A stretch of DNA of 64,000 nt. Source: an uncultured Candidatus Poseidoniales archaeon (GTDB taxonomy: Archaea; Thermoplasmatota; Poseidoniia; Poseidoniales; Poseidoniaceae). Location of the stretch: assembly GCA_964014545.1 (NCBI GenBank), contig CAXGZX010000001.1, positions 9,279 through 73,278 on the forward strand, in the 5' to 3' direction. Of this stretch, positions 34,903-43,393 are shown piece by piece. The translations under genes were made by a program, and so were the position numbers. Position 1 is the first letter of the stretch. Each line of letters begins with the position of its first letter. The notes under the pieces were generated by a model. The model did no database searches. It worked only from the letters and a program-made list of their open reading frames with translations, and was not told the DNA's origin.

Positions 34903-36132
34903 TTGAGGGGACCCAAAATTTCTATTTTTGCAGTATTAATTATGCTGATTGCTAGCATACCAGGGTGTATATTTGACCCCCTAGAGTTTGACAAATGTGA
35001 AGACGAAGATAATTGTTTGACCATTGCTTTTGAAACTAAAGAAGAATATCGAAATTCTGATGAGAACCCGCAAAAACTTGCAGATCGGCTTGAAGAGATA
35101 ATGGATGTAGAGGTTGAAATCTACACTGTGTCTGGACCTGCTGCAACGATTGCTGCCCTTGAATATGGTAAGGCTGACATAGGATTCCTCGATGGTGGAG
35201 CGGCCTGGCTGAGTGCTGAAACAAGAGGATTCGAAATAGCCGCTGCCGAACAAAAGGGAGATGGAAGACCATACTACAATGCAGTTGCATGGGTACACAA
35301 AGACTCAGATATGGCAATCGCAGACAAGGCGGGCGAAGACCCATATGCGCTAATGGCTGGGAAAATTTCCTGCCACACCTCTCCGCTTGGAAGTTCAGGA
35401 ATGTTACTGCCAATGGGATGGATGATTTCAGAAGGTTATGTTGACGTTGTTGGAGACCCCAATTTAATGGATTCACTCTACTCAACAGTTAGAAATCACT
35501 TCTCAGAAGACTCTAGCATCCCAGATAGCGGCACACTATATCGTGGCTATGGCGGCTCACTTAGATGCTTGGCAGAACATAGTTTAGGTGATGCTACAGA
35601 TTACATTTCGTTTGCCAAGGACCCAACGGTACCTGATTACTGTGGTGAAGATCCAAGTTCGTGGTGTTTTACCGGAGATTTCACTAGCACAGAAGATTTC
35701 TATCCACTTGGTGGCTATAATGAAACAACAGGTGAGATTAACAGCTTTGGCAGAGCACCAAGCCATCCAGTAATGTACAATCCTGAATACTTTAGTCAAG
35801 GCGAAGTCGACTCACTGCGTGCAGCATTTGAAGTAATGAACGGCAATGATGATGACTTGGAAATATTGGATGATGTTCTTGGAACCCCTGGAATCACCAT
35901 CACCAATACTGAAGATCACATTGGTGACTACGGAGACGCTATCGAAGATGTCCCAGGCATTGCAGCCTACCTCAATGATAAAGTCAATAAAACCTCATCT
36001 GATGATAGTGGTTCTGATATTATTATTTATGGCGGAGTTGCAGTAGTTGCAATAGCATTGGTTACCGGTGCTATATTCCTTAGAAATAATAAGAATCAAA
36101 ATTGGGAAGCCGAAGCAGAGGAATCAGAGTAG
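34903..36132 (+). CDS. phnD: Phosphonate/phosphite-type ABC transporter substrate-binding protein (PhnD/PtxB-like) with a lipobox-like signal and a C-terminal TM anchor.
   Basis: Type-2 PBP fold blocks LTIAFETKEE...YGKADIGFLDGGAAWL and SCHTSPLGSSGMLLPMGW. The signal ends ...ASIPGC. C-terminal anchor IIIYGGVAVVAIALVTGAIFL. Confidence 0.55.
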   Translation: MRGPKISIFAVLIMLIASIPGCIFDPLEFDKCEDEDNCLTIAFETKEEYRNSDENPQKLADRLEEIMDVEVEIYTVSGPAATIAALEYGKADIGFLDGGAAWLSAETRGFEIAAAEQKGDGRPYYNAVAWVHKDSDMAIADKAGEDPYALMAGKISCHTSPLGSSGMLLPMGWMISEGYVDVVGDPNLMDSLYSTVRNHFSEDSSIPDSGTLYRGYGGSLRCLAEHSLGDATDYISFAKDPTVPDYCGEDPSSWCFTGDFTSTEDFYPLGGYNETTGEINSFGRAPSHPVMYNPEYFSQGEVDSLRAAFEVMNGNDDDLEILDDVLGTPGITITNTEDHIGDYGDAIEDVPGIAAYLNDKVNKTSSDDSGSDIIIYGGVAVVAIALVTGAIFLRNNKNQNWEAEAEESE

Positions 36133-36197
36133 TTTCAGTAAATTTAACGATAAAGCACTTTGCGTTATTATTGATATATATTATTCTCTACGCCTAA

Positions 36198-37424
36198 TTG
36201 GTGCTGAAATATCTAGGAGTGAAAAACATGAGGAAAACTAATGCAATACTAGTAATTTTAATGATGAGTCTAGTATGCCTGTCCGGTTGCTTTGGTGAGG
36301 ATGAAGAGCCAAGATTTCAATGGCCTGAGATGGTTGAAATCGAATGTGAGCCTGATTCTGTATCATATCAATGCGATTTTTATGCCAAAGTCGGCTCTAC
36401 AGTGACAAAGACCCTGTTACACCCTTCTGATGGCTCGGTTTGGATTGCTGAGTTAGACGGCAAAATTACCTCATGGAACGGTGAATTCACTGTTGAAATA
36501 GGTAATTTGAGCCAGCAGATTTCTAGATGCCACAATGAACAAGGATTGTTAGGGTTTTCTTTTACTCATGATTTCAATAACAGTGGCGAAATTATCCTTT
36601 CATATACTGATAATATGGATTGTGAGGGACCTGCTGACCTTTCCGGCATAGTCGTCGCAGCAGCTGATATTGTCGATGGTAAAATAGACCTTGAGTCAAT
36701 AGTTGAGATGAGGAGAATTAGTAAGGAAAACCGAAATCACAACGGAGGAAACCTACTATCCCTTGGTGATGGGACATATCTGTGGTCTATTGGCGATGGT
36801 GGCGGCTCAGGAGACCCAAAAGAAAATGGTCAAAACATTCACACACCATTAGGTACAATTCAATATTTCACTTACCACAATAAATCTGTCCAACCGGTAT
36901 TTGACCTGTATGGTAATGACACCGATTATGTATTACATTACGGCCTTAGAAATCCTTGGAAATTTGACATTGATAATAGTGGGCAATTATGGATTGCTGA
37001 TGTTGGACAATATTGCTATGAAGAGATAAATCTAGTGCCAATTTTCGACCAGAGTAACTTTGGTTGGTCACAAAGAGAAGGAATGCACAATTATGACCCA
37101 TCTGATGATTGTACAAGTGCAGCAACTACTCCTGATGATAATAATCTTACAGATCCAATTGTCGAGTATGCACATACTGGCGGAAACTGCTCCATTACCG
37201 GTGGTTTTTGGATGGATTGGGGGCCAAATTCTCTTCAAGGTGGCTATATCTATGGTGATTTTTGTACTGGTGCAATATGGAAAATTTCCCTAAGCAATGG
37301 CAATTGGGAAGCTAATTTCATTACCTCAGTTGGCACATACATTACTGGTTTTGGCCAGGGAATTAATGATGAACTATTGATATTCAGCTGGACTGGTGCA
37401 ATATATTCGCTTGCAGATGCTTGA
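36198..37424 (+). CDS. Soluble quinoprotein glucose/sorbosone dehydrogenase (GSDH)-like beta-propeller lipoprotein.
   Basis: HNGGNLLSLGDGTYLWSIGDGGGSGDPKENGQNIHTPLGTI matches the GSDH HNGG...GDGG...DP..NAQ signature. The signal LVCLSGC looks like a lipobox. Confidence 0.6.
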   Translation: MVLKYLGVKNMRKTNAILVILMMSLVCLSGCFGEDEEPRFQWPEMVEIECEPDSVSYQCDFYAKVGSTVTKTLLHPSDGSVWIAELDGKITSWNGEFTVEIGNLSQQISRCHNEQGLLGFSFTHDFNNSGEIILSYTDNMDCEGPADLSGIVVAAADIVDGKIDLESIVEMRRISKENRNHNGGNLLSLGDGTYLWSIGDGGGSGDPKENGQNIHTPLGTIQYFTYHNKSVQPVFDLYGNDTDYVLHYGLRNPWKFDIDNSGQLWIADVGQYCYEEINLVPIFDQSNFGWSQREGMHNYDPSDDCTSAATTPDDNNLTDPIVEYAHTGGNCSITGGFWMDWGPNSLQGGYIYGDFCTGAIWKISLSNGNWEANFITSVGTYITGFGQGINDELLIFSWTGAIYSLADA

Positions 37425-37430
37425 TTATCA

Positions 37431-38348
37431 TTAATTCTTCTTATTCCTTTGATGGAACTTTTGCGCTAAACTAGCCGGTAGTAAAACTGTGAATATAGAA
37501 GATTCACCTAATTCTGATTCATCTGTGACAAATGACCTGATAAATAGTGACAAGAAATCAATTATCACGATTACTACGAAGATGACAATTAGATAGGTCA
37601 TAACATGATTGTACAAGTCTAATTCCATGGCTCTGTCTATATGAAGACCAATTCCTCCAGCGCCGACTAAACCTAGAACAGTACCGTGTCTGACATTGTA
37701 CTCAAACATAAACAATATTTGACTCAAGAAAGTATTGCTAGATTCTGGAATTACCACCTTGGATACAATTTCAGTGTGACTAAGACCCATTGCTCTTGCT
37801 GCCTCTAACGGCTCTCGGTTAATCCCCTCTATTTCCTCATACTGAAGTTTTCCAAGATAGCCGATAGTGTAGAGCGTCATTGCTAAGACACCGGCTAGAG
37901 GGCCAATACCAACGACAATAACAAATACAATTGCCCATATTATGCTTGGCAGGCATCTAGTGAAAGATAGTATCAACCTTGTTGGTACTAGAACCGACTT
38001 GGGAACCAAATTCTTTGCCGCAAATGACGAGAGAGCAATTGCCCCAATAAACCCGAAAATAGTTGCGACAAAGGCCATTTTCAAAGTTTCAAGCATCCCA
38101 GTATATGCTTTAGAGCAGAAAAATTCAATGTTAACGTTGCATTTTGGCGGCTCGGACTGTGCCTCAAAAATAAGCGCCCACTCAGGAGGCCAAAGTTCGG
38201 TATTCCAGAACTTTACTAGGTTACTAAAACCACCAGTTAAATCTCCCCAATCACCTCTGACAAGGTTATTTAGAATTATAAAAGCCAAAATAACTAAGCT
38301 AAAAGAGATGACAGAAACCTTGTTGATTTTTGTTGACATAAGGCTCAC
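37431..38348 (-). CDS. phnE: Phosphonate-type ABC transporter permease.
   Basis: EAARAMGLSHTEIVSKVVIPES is the PhnE/BPD EAA loop. Six TM helices. Confidence 0.65.
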   Translation of the reverse strand: MSLMSTKINKVSVISFSLVILAFIILNNLVRGDWGDLTGGFSNLVKFWNTELWPPEWALIFEAQSEPPKCNVNIEFFCSKAYTGMLETLKMAFVATIFGFIGAIALSSFAAKNLVPKSVLVPTRLILSFTRCLPSIIWAIVFVIVVGIGPLAGVLAMTLYTIGYLGKLQYEEIEGINREPLEAARAMGLSHTEIVSKVVIPESSNTFLSQILFMFEYNVRHGTVLGLVGAGGIGLHIDRAMELDLYNHVMTYLIVIFVVIVIIDFLSLFIRSFVTDESELGESSIFTVLLPASLAQKFHQRNKKN

Positions 38349-39013
38349 TCCGCTTCATTTAGATTAACATCAAAGTCACCTAAGTCAACTATTCTATCGG
38401 CTATTTGATTAGCCCTATCCAGATGATGTTCCACCAGTAGCATTGCAGAATTATTATTTTTGACATAATCTCTCATTAGTCTGATAATAGAGTCTGCATT
38501 CTCCTTGTCTAACTCACTTAGAAATTCGTCTGCTAAAATTAATTCAGGGGATTGAGCGATGGCACGAGCAGTTGCTACTCGACGTTGTTGACCGCCTGAC
38601 AACCGTCTGATTGGTTCGTTTATTTTTTCAGTAAGACCGACTAATTTTACCGTTTCATGGATCAAAACAGATTTACGTTTTGACCAATTGAGAATATTGC
38701 CTAATTCATCGTTGACCTTGATGCCACATCTTGCGCCTAACTCGACATTATGATACACGCTTGCATGACGGACTAGTCCAAGCCTTTGTGGGATGTAACC
38801 AATCCCGCCACGCCTTCTTACATTACCAATTATTTTGCCAGATAATTTTGGAATCAATCCAGCAATTGTGCGCAATAGCGTAGTTTTCCCAAGACCAGAT
38901 ATGCCGACTATTGCGACTATTTCACCTGGTTTTATTTCAAGGTTAAATCCACTAACTAGAGGACTGTTATAGCCCACAGATAAATTCTTTATTTTGACAA
39001 TTGGTTTAGCCAT
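38345..39013 (-). CDS. phnC: Phosphonate-type ABC transporter ATP-binding protein.
   Basis: Walker A GISGLGKTTLLR, signature LSGGQQRRVATARAI, Walker B LILADE. Confidence 0.7.
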   Translation of the reverse strand: MAKPIVKIKNLSVGYNSPLVSGFNLEIKPGEIVAIVGISGLGKTTLLRTIAGLIPKLSGKIIGNVRRRGGIGYIPQRLGLVRHASVYHNVELGARCGIKVNDELGNILNWSKRKSVLIHETVKLVGLTEKINEPIRRLSGGQQRRVATARAIAQSPELILADEFLSELDKENADSIIRLMRDYVKNNNSAMLLVEHHLDRANQIADRIVDLGDFDVNLNEAE

Positions 39014-39071
39014 CTTACAACCCCACCAATAGTAGTAGCCTGTCCTATAGTTTAGTAGTTAAGAATATATC

Positions 39072-39914
39072 TCAGCGGGCTTTTATTCGAACTCTAGCCT
39101 GCTTTACCAATCTAATAATAGCCACCCTAAGTTCATCCTCAGCAATTGTCTTGCCAAACGGAACATAAAATGAATGGGTTGAATCTTGGCATTGTAAGAA
39201 CACTCCTCTTGAATCAAGGTCGGTCATTATGACACTGCTAGAGGTCTTACCATGATAGCCATCATAGATATCGACCATAGCATCTACATGATCTTCATTC
39301 ATATGTTCAATTGATTCCAGTTTACTAGACTGAAATGTTGGATGAATCTCGTTTGACAAATATTCATCACCTTCAATCCAACAGATTCTACCAAAACCGG
39401 CGATATACCTTATTTTTATGATATCATCCATTAACCAAAATGAAAAGTTATGTGTTTTTAGATACGCATCAGCATTTGGAACTTGGGCTCGATATCTTGT
39501 GAGCATCACATCTTCTTCTGAAGCTGTTACTATCACCGTATTGCCTGAATCTGTTCCTTCCTCAGCAGGTGCAGTAGCGGTTCTGACTTCCTTGAAATTG
39601 CCAATAATAGATGCCCGCCAAAAAGACTGTGGATCACCTTCGGGATTTGGATGGGAAATGAATAATGTGGATTTGTTATTTTCCATTAAATTCTTTGTGT
39701 GAGCTGCGATTCCGGCAATGAGTATGTACGGTTTACCTTCAGGAGTTATAGCAAATGGGACTACCGACGAGATTGGGTAGTCTTCAGTTCCCTTATTTGA
39801 TGAAATAGTAGATAAAACTCCATGCCCGGTTTCTACTAACCATTGAATCACATCCGAAGGGGGATTGGATTTATCTCTTGAATTTCTCTCTGCCAAGTCG
39901 ACGTCATTGCTCAA
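39072..39914 (-). CDS. Pyridoxamine-5'-phosphate-oxidase-like split-barrel protein with a DUF2470-like C-terminal domain (HugZ/HutZ-like heme-utilisation candidate).
   Basis: N-terminal split-barrel pattern VIQWLVETGHGVLSTIS...PISSVVPFAITPEGKPYILIAGIAAHTKNLMENNKSTLFI, then a second ~120-aa domain. Confidence 0.5.
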   Translation of the reverse strand: MSNDVDLAERNSRDKSNPPSDVIQWLVETGHGVLSTISSNKGTEDYPISSVVPFAITPEGKPYILIAGIAAHTKNLMENNKSTLFISHPNPEGDPQSFWRASIIGNFKEVRTATAPAEEGTDSGNTVIVTASEEDVMLTRYRAQVPNADAYLKTHNFSFWLMDDIIKIRYIAGFGRICWIEGDEYLSNEIHPTFQSSKLESIEHMNEDHVDAMVDIYDGYHGKTSSSVIMTDLDSRGVFLQCQDSTHSFYVPFGKTIAEDELRVAIIRLVKQARVRIKAR

Positions 39915-39918
39915 AATA

Positions 39919-40377
39919 TCACTTCCATGTTTCGTTGAATAAATTCAATGTATCTTCAATCCATGCCTCTGCATCATCTTCATAATCGACATCGCAATCT
40001 ATTCTTTCATGAATGCGGTTACCGCCTTTCTCCTGGAGAATGTTATCCCATTGAATACCTGCCTCACAGAATAGATCGAACGCAGTGTCTCCAAGAGCAA
40101 GAACTGCAAAACCTACCTCAGCCATACTCCCGTCGTCAGAGCCTTCCACTGAATCGTATAAATCAATTGCATTATCTGGTTGCTCGCCATCCCCCCAAGT
40201 GCTACAAACAATAAGCACATTTCCATTCTCTTGTATATCTGACAAAGTAATTTCATCCATACCATTTATGGTAACGTCAAATTCTAAATCCTTAGCAAGT
40301 TTTTCTGCATCCATCGCCAGTAATTCAGAATTGCCAGTTTCGGTGCCATAAAGTATCAATATTTTCTTATCACTCAT
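39919..40377 (-). CDS. Flavodoxin.
   Basis: KILILYGTETGNSE FMN-phosphate loop and CSTWGDGE isoalloxazine loop. 152 aa. Confidence 0.85.
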   Translation of the reverse strand: MSDKKILILYGTETGNSELLAMDAEKLAKDLEFDVTINGMDEITLSDIQENGNVLIVCSTWGDGEQPDNAIDLYDSVEGSDDGSMAEVGFAVLALGDTAFDLFCEAGIQWDNILQEKGGNRIHERIDCDVDYEDDAEAWIEDTLNLFNETWK

Positions 40378-41186
40378 CTTTTATCCGTCCTATTTGTTTT
40401 TATCACATTTATTTGTGGAATGTGAGGGTCGTCTGGATATAACACATCAACAGCCACTCCGTAGACTTTGGAAATAGTCTCCCGACTTAAGGCAGTGTAG
40501 GGTGTGTCATAGCAATATATTGAATTATCATCGATTATCATGATTTTATCAGCAAATTTAGCTGCTAAATTAATATCGTGCATTGCCACTAAAGCGCTAC
40601 AGATTCCAGTTTTATCATCTACTAAATTTTTTATTTCTTGTAAAATTTCAAATTGACTACTTAGGTCCAAATTACTTGTAGGTTCATCGAACAGATATAA
40701 CGTTGGATTTTGGACTATGGCTTTGGCAATAATTACGCGTTGTTGCTCTCCTCCAGAGAGTGTATGGAATTTACGAAATATGAACTCACTAAGCCCTAAT
40801 CGCATGATAACACTTTGAACAATCTCTCTGTCTTGTTTACCTATTCTCCAGCCAATGTAAGGTCTTCTACCCAGTAATATAACGTCATAAACATCCATTG
40901 AAAATCCAGTAGAAACACTCTGTGGAACGTATGCAACTAGTTTAGATAAGTCCATGATTGAAGTATCTGATAGAGGATTGTTGCAAACTTTAACAGAGCC
41001 TGAATCAAAGTTAATTATTTTATTTAGACATTTTATGAGGGTTGATTTACCAGCCCCATTAATCCCTAAAACTGCGACAAATTGATTTGGTTGTACTGAA
41101 AAAGTCAGGTTTTCCAGAATTTTTTTGTTCTTATAGGCAAAACTTAGATCTTTTACCTCAAGAATATTTTCCGCAGTTTCATCCAT
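40374..41186 (-). CDS. Iron-complex/cobalamin-type ABC transporter ATP-binding protein (FepC/FecE/BtuD-like).
   Basis: Walker A LGINGAGKSTL, signature LSGGEQQRVIIAKAI, Walker B LYLFDEPTSNLD. The ORF is open to 41237. The Met at 41186 avoids overlap with the permease. Confidence 0.8.
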   Translation of the reverse strand: MDETAENILEVKDLSFAYKNKKILENLTFSVQPNQFVAVLGINGAGKSTLIKCLNKIINFDSGSVKVCNNPLSDTSIMDLSKLVAYVPQSVSTGFSMDVYDVILLGRRPYIGWRIGKQDREIVQSVIMRLGLSEFIFRKFHTLSGGEQQRVIIAKAIVQNPTLYLFDEPTSNLDLSSQFEILQEIKNLVDDKTGICSALVAMHDINLAAKFADKIMIIDDNSIYCYDTPYTALSRETISKVYGVAVDVLYPDDPHIPQINVIKTNRTDKR

Positions 41187-42300
41187 ATCTCTCACTCCTT
41201 CTTGCCAATAAAAGGTAGAGGAAAAACGGACCTCCAAGTATCGAAAGCATTACTCCTACTGGAATCACTATTGGTGCCACAATTGTCCTGCCAATTGTAT
41301 CAGCAATAAGTACTAATAAAGCACCTATTAATGCAGAACAGGGTACTAATTTACGATAATCATTGCCAATTACCAACCGGCCAATATGTGGTGCAGCTAA
41401 GCCGACAAAACCAATTAATCCAGTAAATGCGATTATGAGGGAAGTTATTAATGCTGAAATTATCAATATATTTTTCCTCACTGCTGCAGGATTTACTCCT
41501 GTTGAGATTGCAAAATCATCGCCTCCTAGTGCTAATGTGTTGAGGTCCCAAGAATACCTCATTAATGCCGGAAATATTCCACCAAGAACAACTCCAACCC
41601 ATAGCACTGTTGCTAAATTGGGTCTTGAAACACTACCAAATGACCAGTGTGTTAATTGGGCAAGTTGTTGATCTGTTGCAAAATAAGTTAATGTTGAGAC
41701 TATTGCACCTGCAATGAAGGTAATGGCAATTCCCACTAAAATGTATGATTCTGCTGAGACCCCTCTTACTTGACCTAGTTTGAGTATTATGAACACCACG
41801 ATTAGTGAAAAAACAAATGTGTTTACCACTAGAATTGTATTAGGAATAATGTCGGCAAAAAATGAGTCACCATCACCAATAACTGAAAATCCAAGAATAA
41901 TCGCTAATGCAGCACCCAAAGATGCACCTGAGGCGACTCCGAGGGTAAGGGGAGAAACCAATGGATTCCCTAAGCTTCCTTGCATTAATGCTCCTGCTGT
42001 AGCAAGTGCTGTTCCTGCGAAAATAGCCATTAAAATCCTCGGAAGGCGAATTTCTAGCAAAATAGCGGACTGAATATCGGTTGGCTCATCTAATTGTAGA
42101 ATTATTCTAGTTGTTTTCCAAAATCCCAGAGACTCTGATGAGCCAATTCCTAAAGCAAATATTGCGGCAGTAAGCGTTGCAATACCAATTGTGACAAGGT
42201 AGAAAAAATGCTTTGAGTCCCTTTCCTCGACTAACTCTTCTAGATTAATTTGTGTTGGATTTTGGCTTTCGAAGTTTTCATCCAAACCCCACACAATCAA
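41179..42300 (-). CDS. FecCD-family ABC transporter permease (BtuC/FepD-like).
   Basis: About 9-10 TM helices and the typical FecCD glycine-rich core LGGDDFAISTGVN...RLPRIL. TTG start. Confidence 0.8.
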   Translation of the reverse strand: MIVWGLDENFESQNPTQINLEELVEERDSKHFFYLVTIGIATLTAAIFALGIGSSESLGFWKTTRIILQLDEPTDIQSAILLEIRLPRILMAIFAGTALATAGALMQGSLGNPLVSPLTLGVASGASLGAALAIILGFSVIGDGDSFFADIIPNTILVVNTFVFSLIVVFIILKLGQVRGVSAESYILVGIAITFIAGAIVSTLTYFATDQQLAQLTHWSFGSVSRPNLATVLWVGVVLGGIFPALMRYSWDLNTLALGGDDFAISTGVNPAAVRKNILIISALITSLIIAFTGLIGFVGLAAPHIGRLVIGNDYRKLVPCSALIGALLVLIADTIGRTIVAPIVIPVGVMLSILGGPFFLYLLLARRSERYG

Positions 42301-42304
42301 TCAC

Positions 42305-43393
42305 CTAAGGTTGGCAGACAAAGGTACCGACTCTGTCTGTATTATGGAATTCTGAAAAATATTCATCTAAGTATGTATTAGTGTCAATATCTTCGAATAA
42401 ATTAGGGTGCAAAATCTTAGCAAGAGTTGGTAATCCGTGTATCATCATTGGACCGGCAAATTCACCAGCCATAACTAACAGGTTATTGTCTTGAATCGCG
42501 GTTATTTCATCAAATCCCGGCCTTGTTTTGATAAAATCGAAATGTGCGGGACACTTGTCATCAGGGTCATAGGAATCATACCCAATTTCAAAGGTAATTC
42601 CATCAAACATCAAATAATCAGGATTAGCGTCTAATATTGCCTCCATATCTACATGAGTTGTGTGCCCTGGCTCATCCTCAAACACATTAATTCCCCCAGC
42701 CATTGAAATTATATCGTTCCATTGGGAGGTCCCAGTCAGAACAACTGGATCTCTGGTCAATGAAGCATGGTGTTCCATAATTACACTAGGTCTCTGTTCT
42801 GTTGTCAAATTACTAATTCTTTGGTCGACCATTTGTTCTATCACGTCAAATTCAGCCAATATAGTAGACAATTGTTGTTGTTTATCAAATAGATTAGCAA
42901 GCACTGACATTTCTGACCTCAAGGAGTCATATTTATAGAAATCAAGCGCTAAAACCCGAATTCCAACAGGTTCTAATTTATCTCTTATTGCGTCTGTGTC
43001 GACCATCCCATTGGTAGCAAATACGATGTAAACTTCAGGTTGGGTATCAAATAGTGCTTCGTAATCAATCTCCGAATGAGCTGAATTCTGGATAATATCT
43101 TTGCCTTGTAGTTCAGGCCACAATGATGAATCTTGAAAATCACCAGACATCCCAGTTACTACTGAAAAATTTATTTCAAGCATCCTCATTACTGTGGCAG
43201 CATACGTATTAGTTATAGCAACGCTTTCTGGAGGAGATTCAAAGTAATGAGTCACACCATTAGAGTCAATAACCTTGATACTACCATTATCATTATCTTC
43301 TGATGAATTTATTTCTGAGATATTGTAAGCAAAAAAACCAAGGATGATTAGGATGACCAATTGCAATGCAATTATTTTTCGCTCACCAATCAT
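42305..43393 (-). CDS. Class-III (FecB/BtuF-like) periplasmic-type substrate-binding protein with an N-terminal anchor.
   Basis: Signal anchor ALQLVILIILGFFA followed by the Peripla_BP_2-like bilobal pattern VAITNTYAATVMRML...PEVYIVFATNG. Confidence 0.7.
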   Translation of the reverse strand: MIGERKIIALQLVILIILGFFAYNISEINSSEDNDNGSIKVIDSNGVTHYFESPPESVAITNTYAATVMRMLEINFSVVTGMSGDFQDSSLWPELQGKDIIQNSAHSEIDYEALFDTQPEVYIVFATNGMVDTDAIRDKLEPVGIRVLALDFYKYDSLRSEMSVLANLFDKQQQLSTILAEFDVIEQMVDQRISNLTTEQRPSVIMEHHASLTRDPVVLTGTSQWNDIISMAGGINVFEDEPGHTTHVDMEAILDANPDYLMFDGITFEIGYDSYDPDDKCPAHFDFIKTRPGFDEITAIQDNNLLVMAGEFAGPMMIHGLPTLAKILHPNLFEDIDTNTYLDEYFSEFHNTDRVGTFVCQP

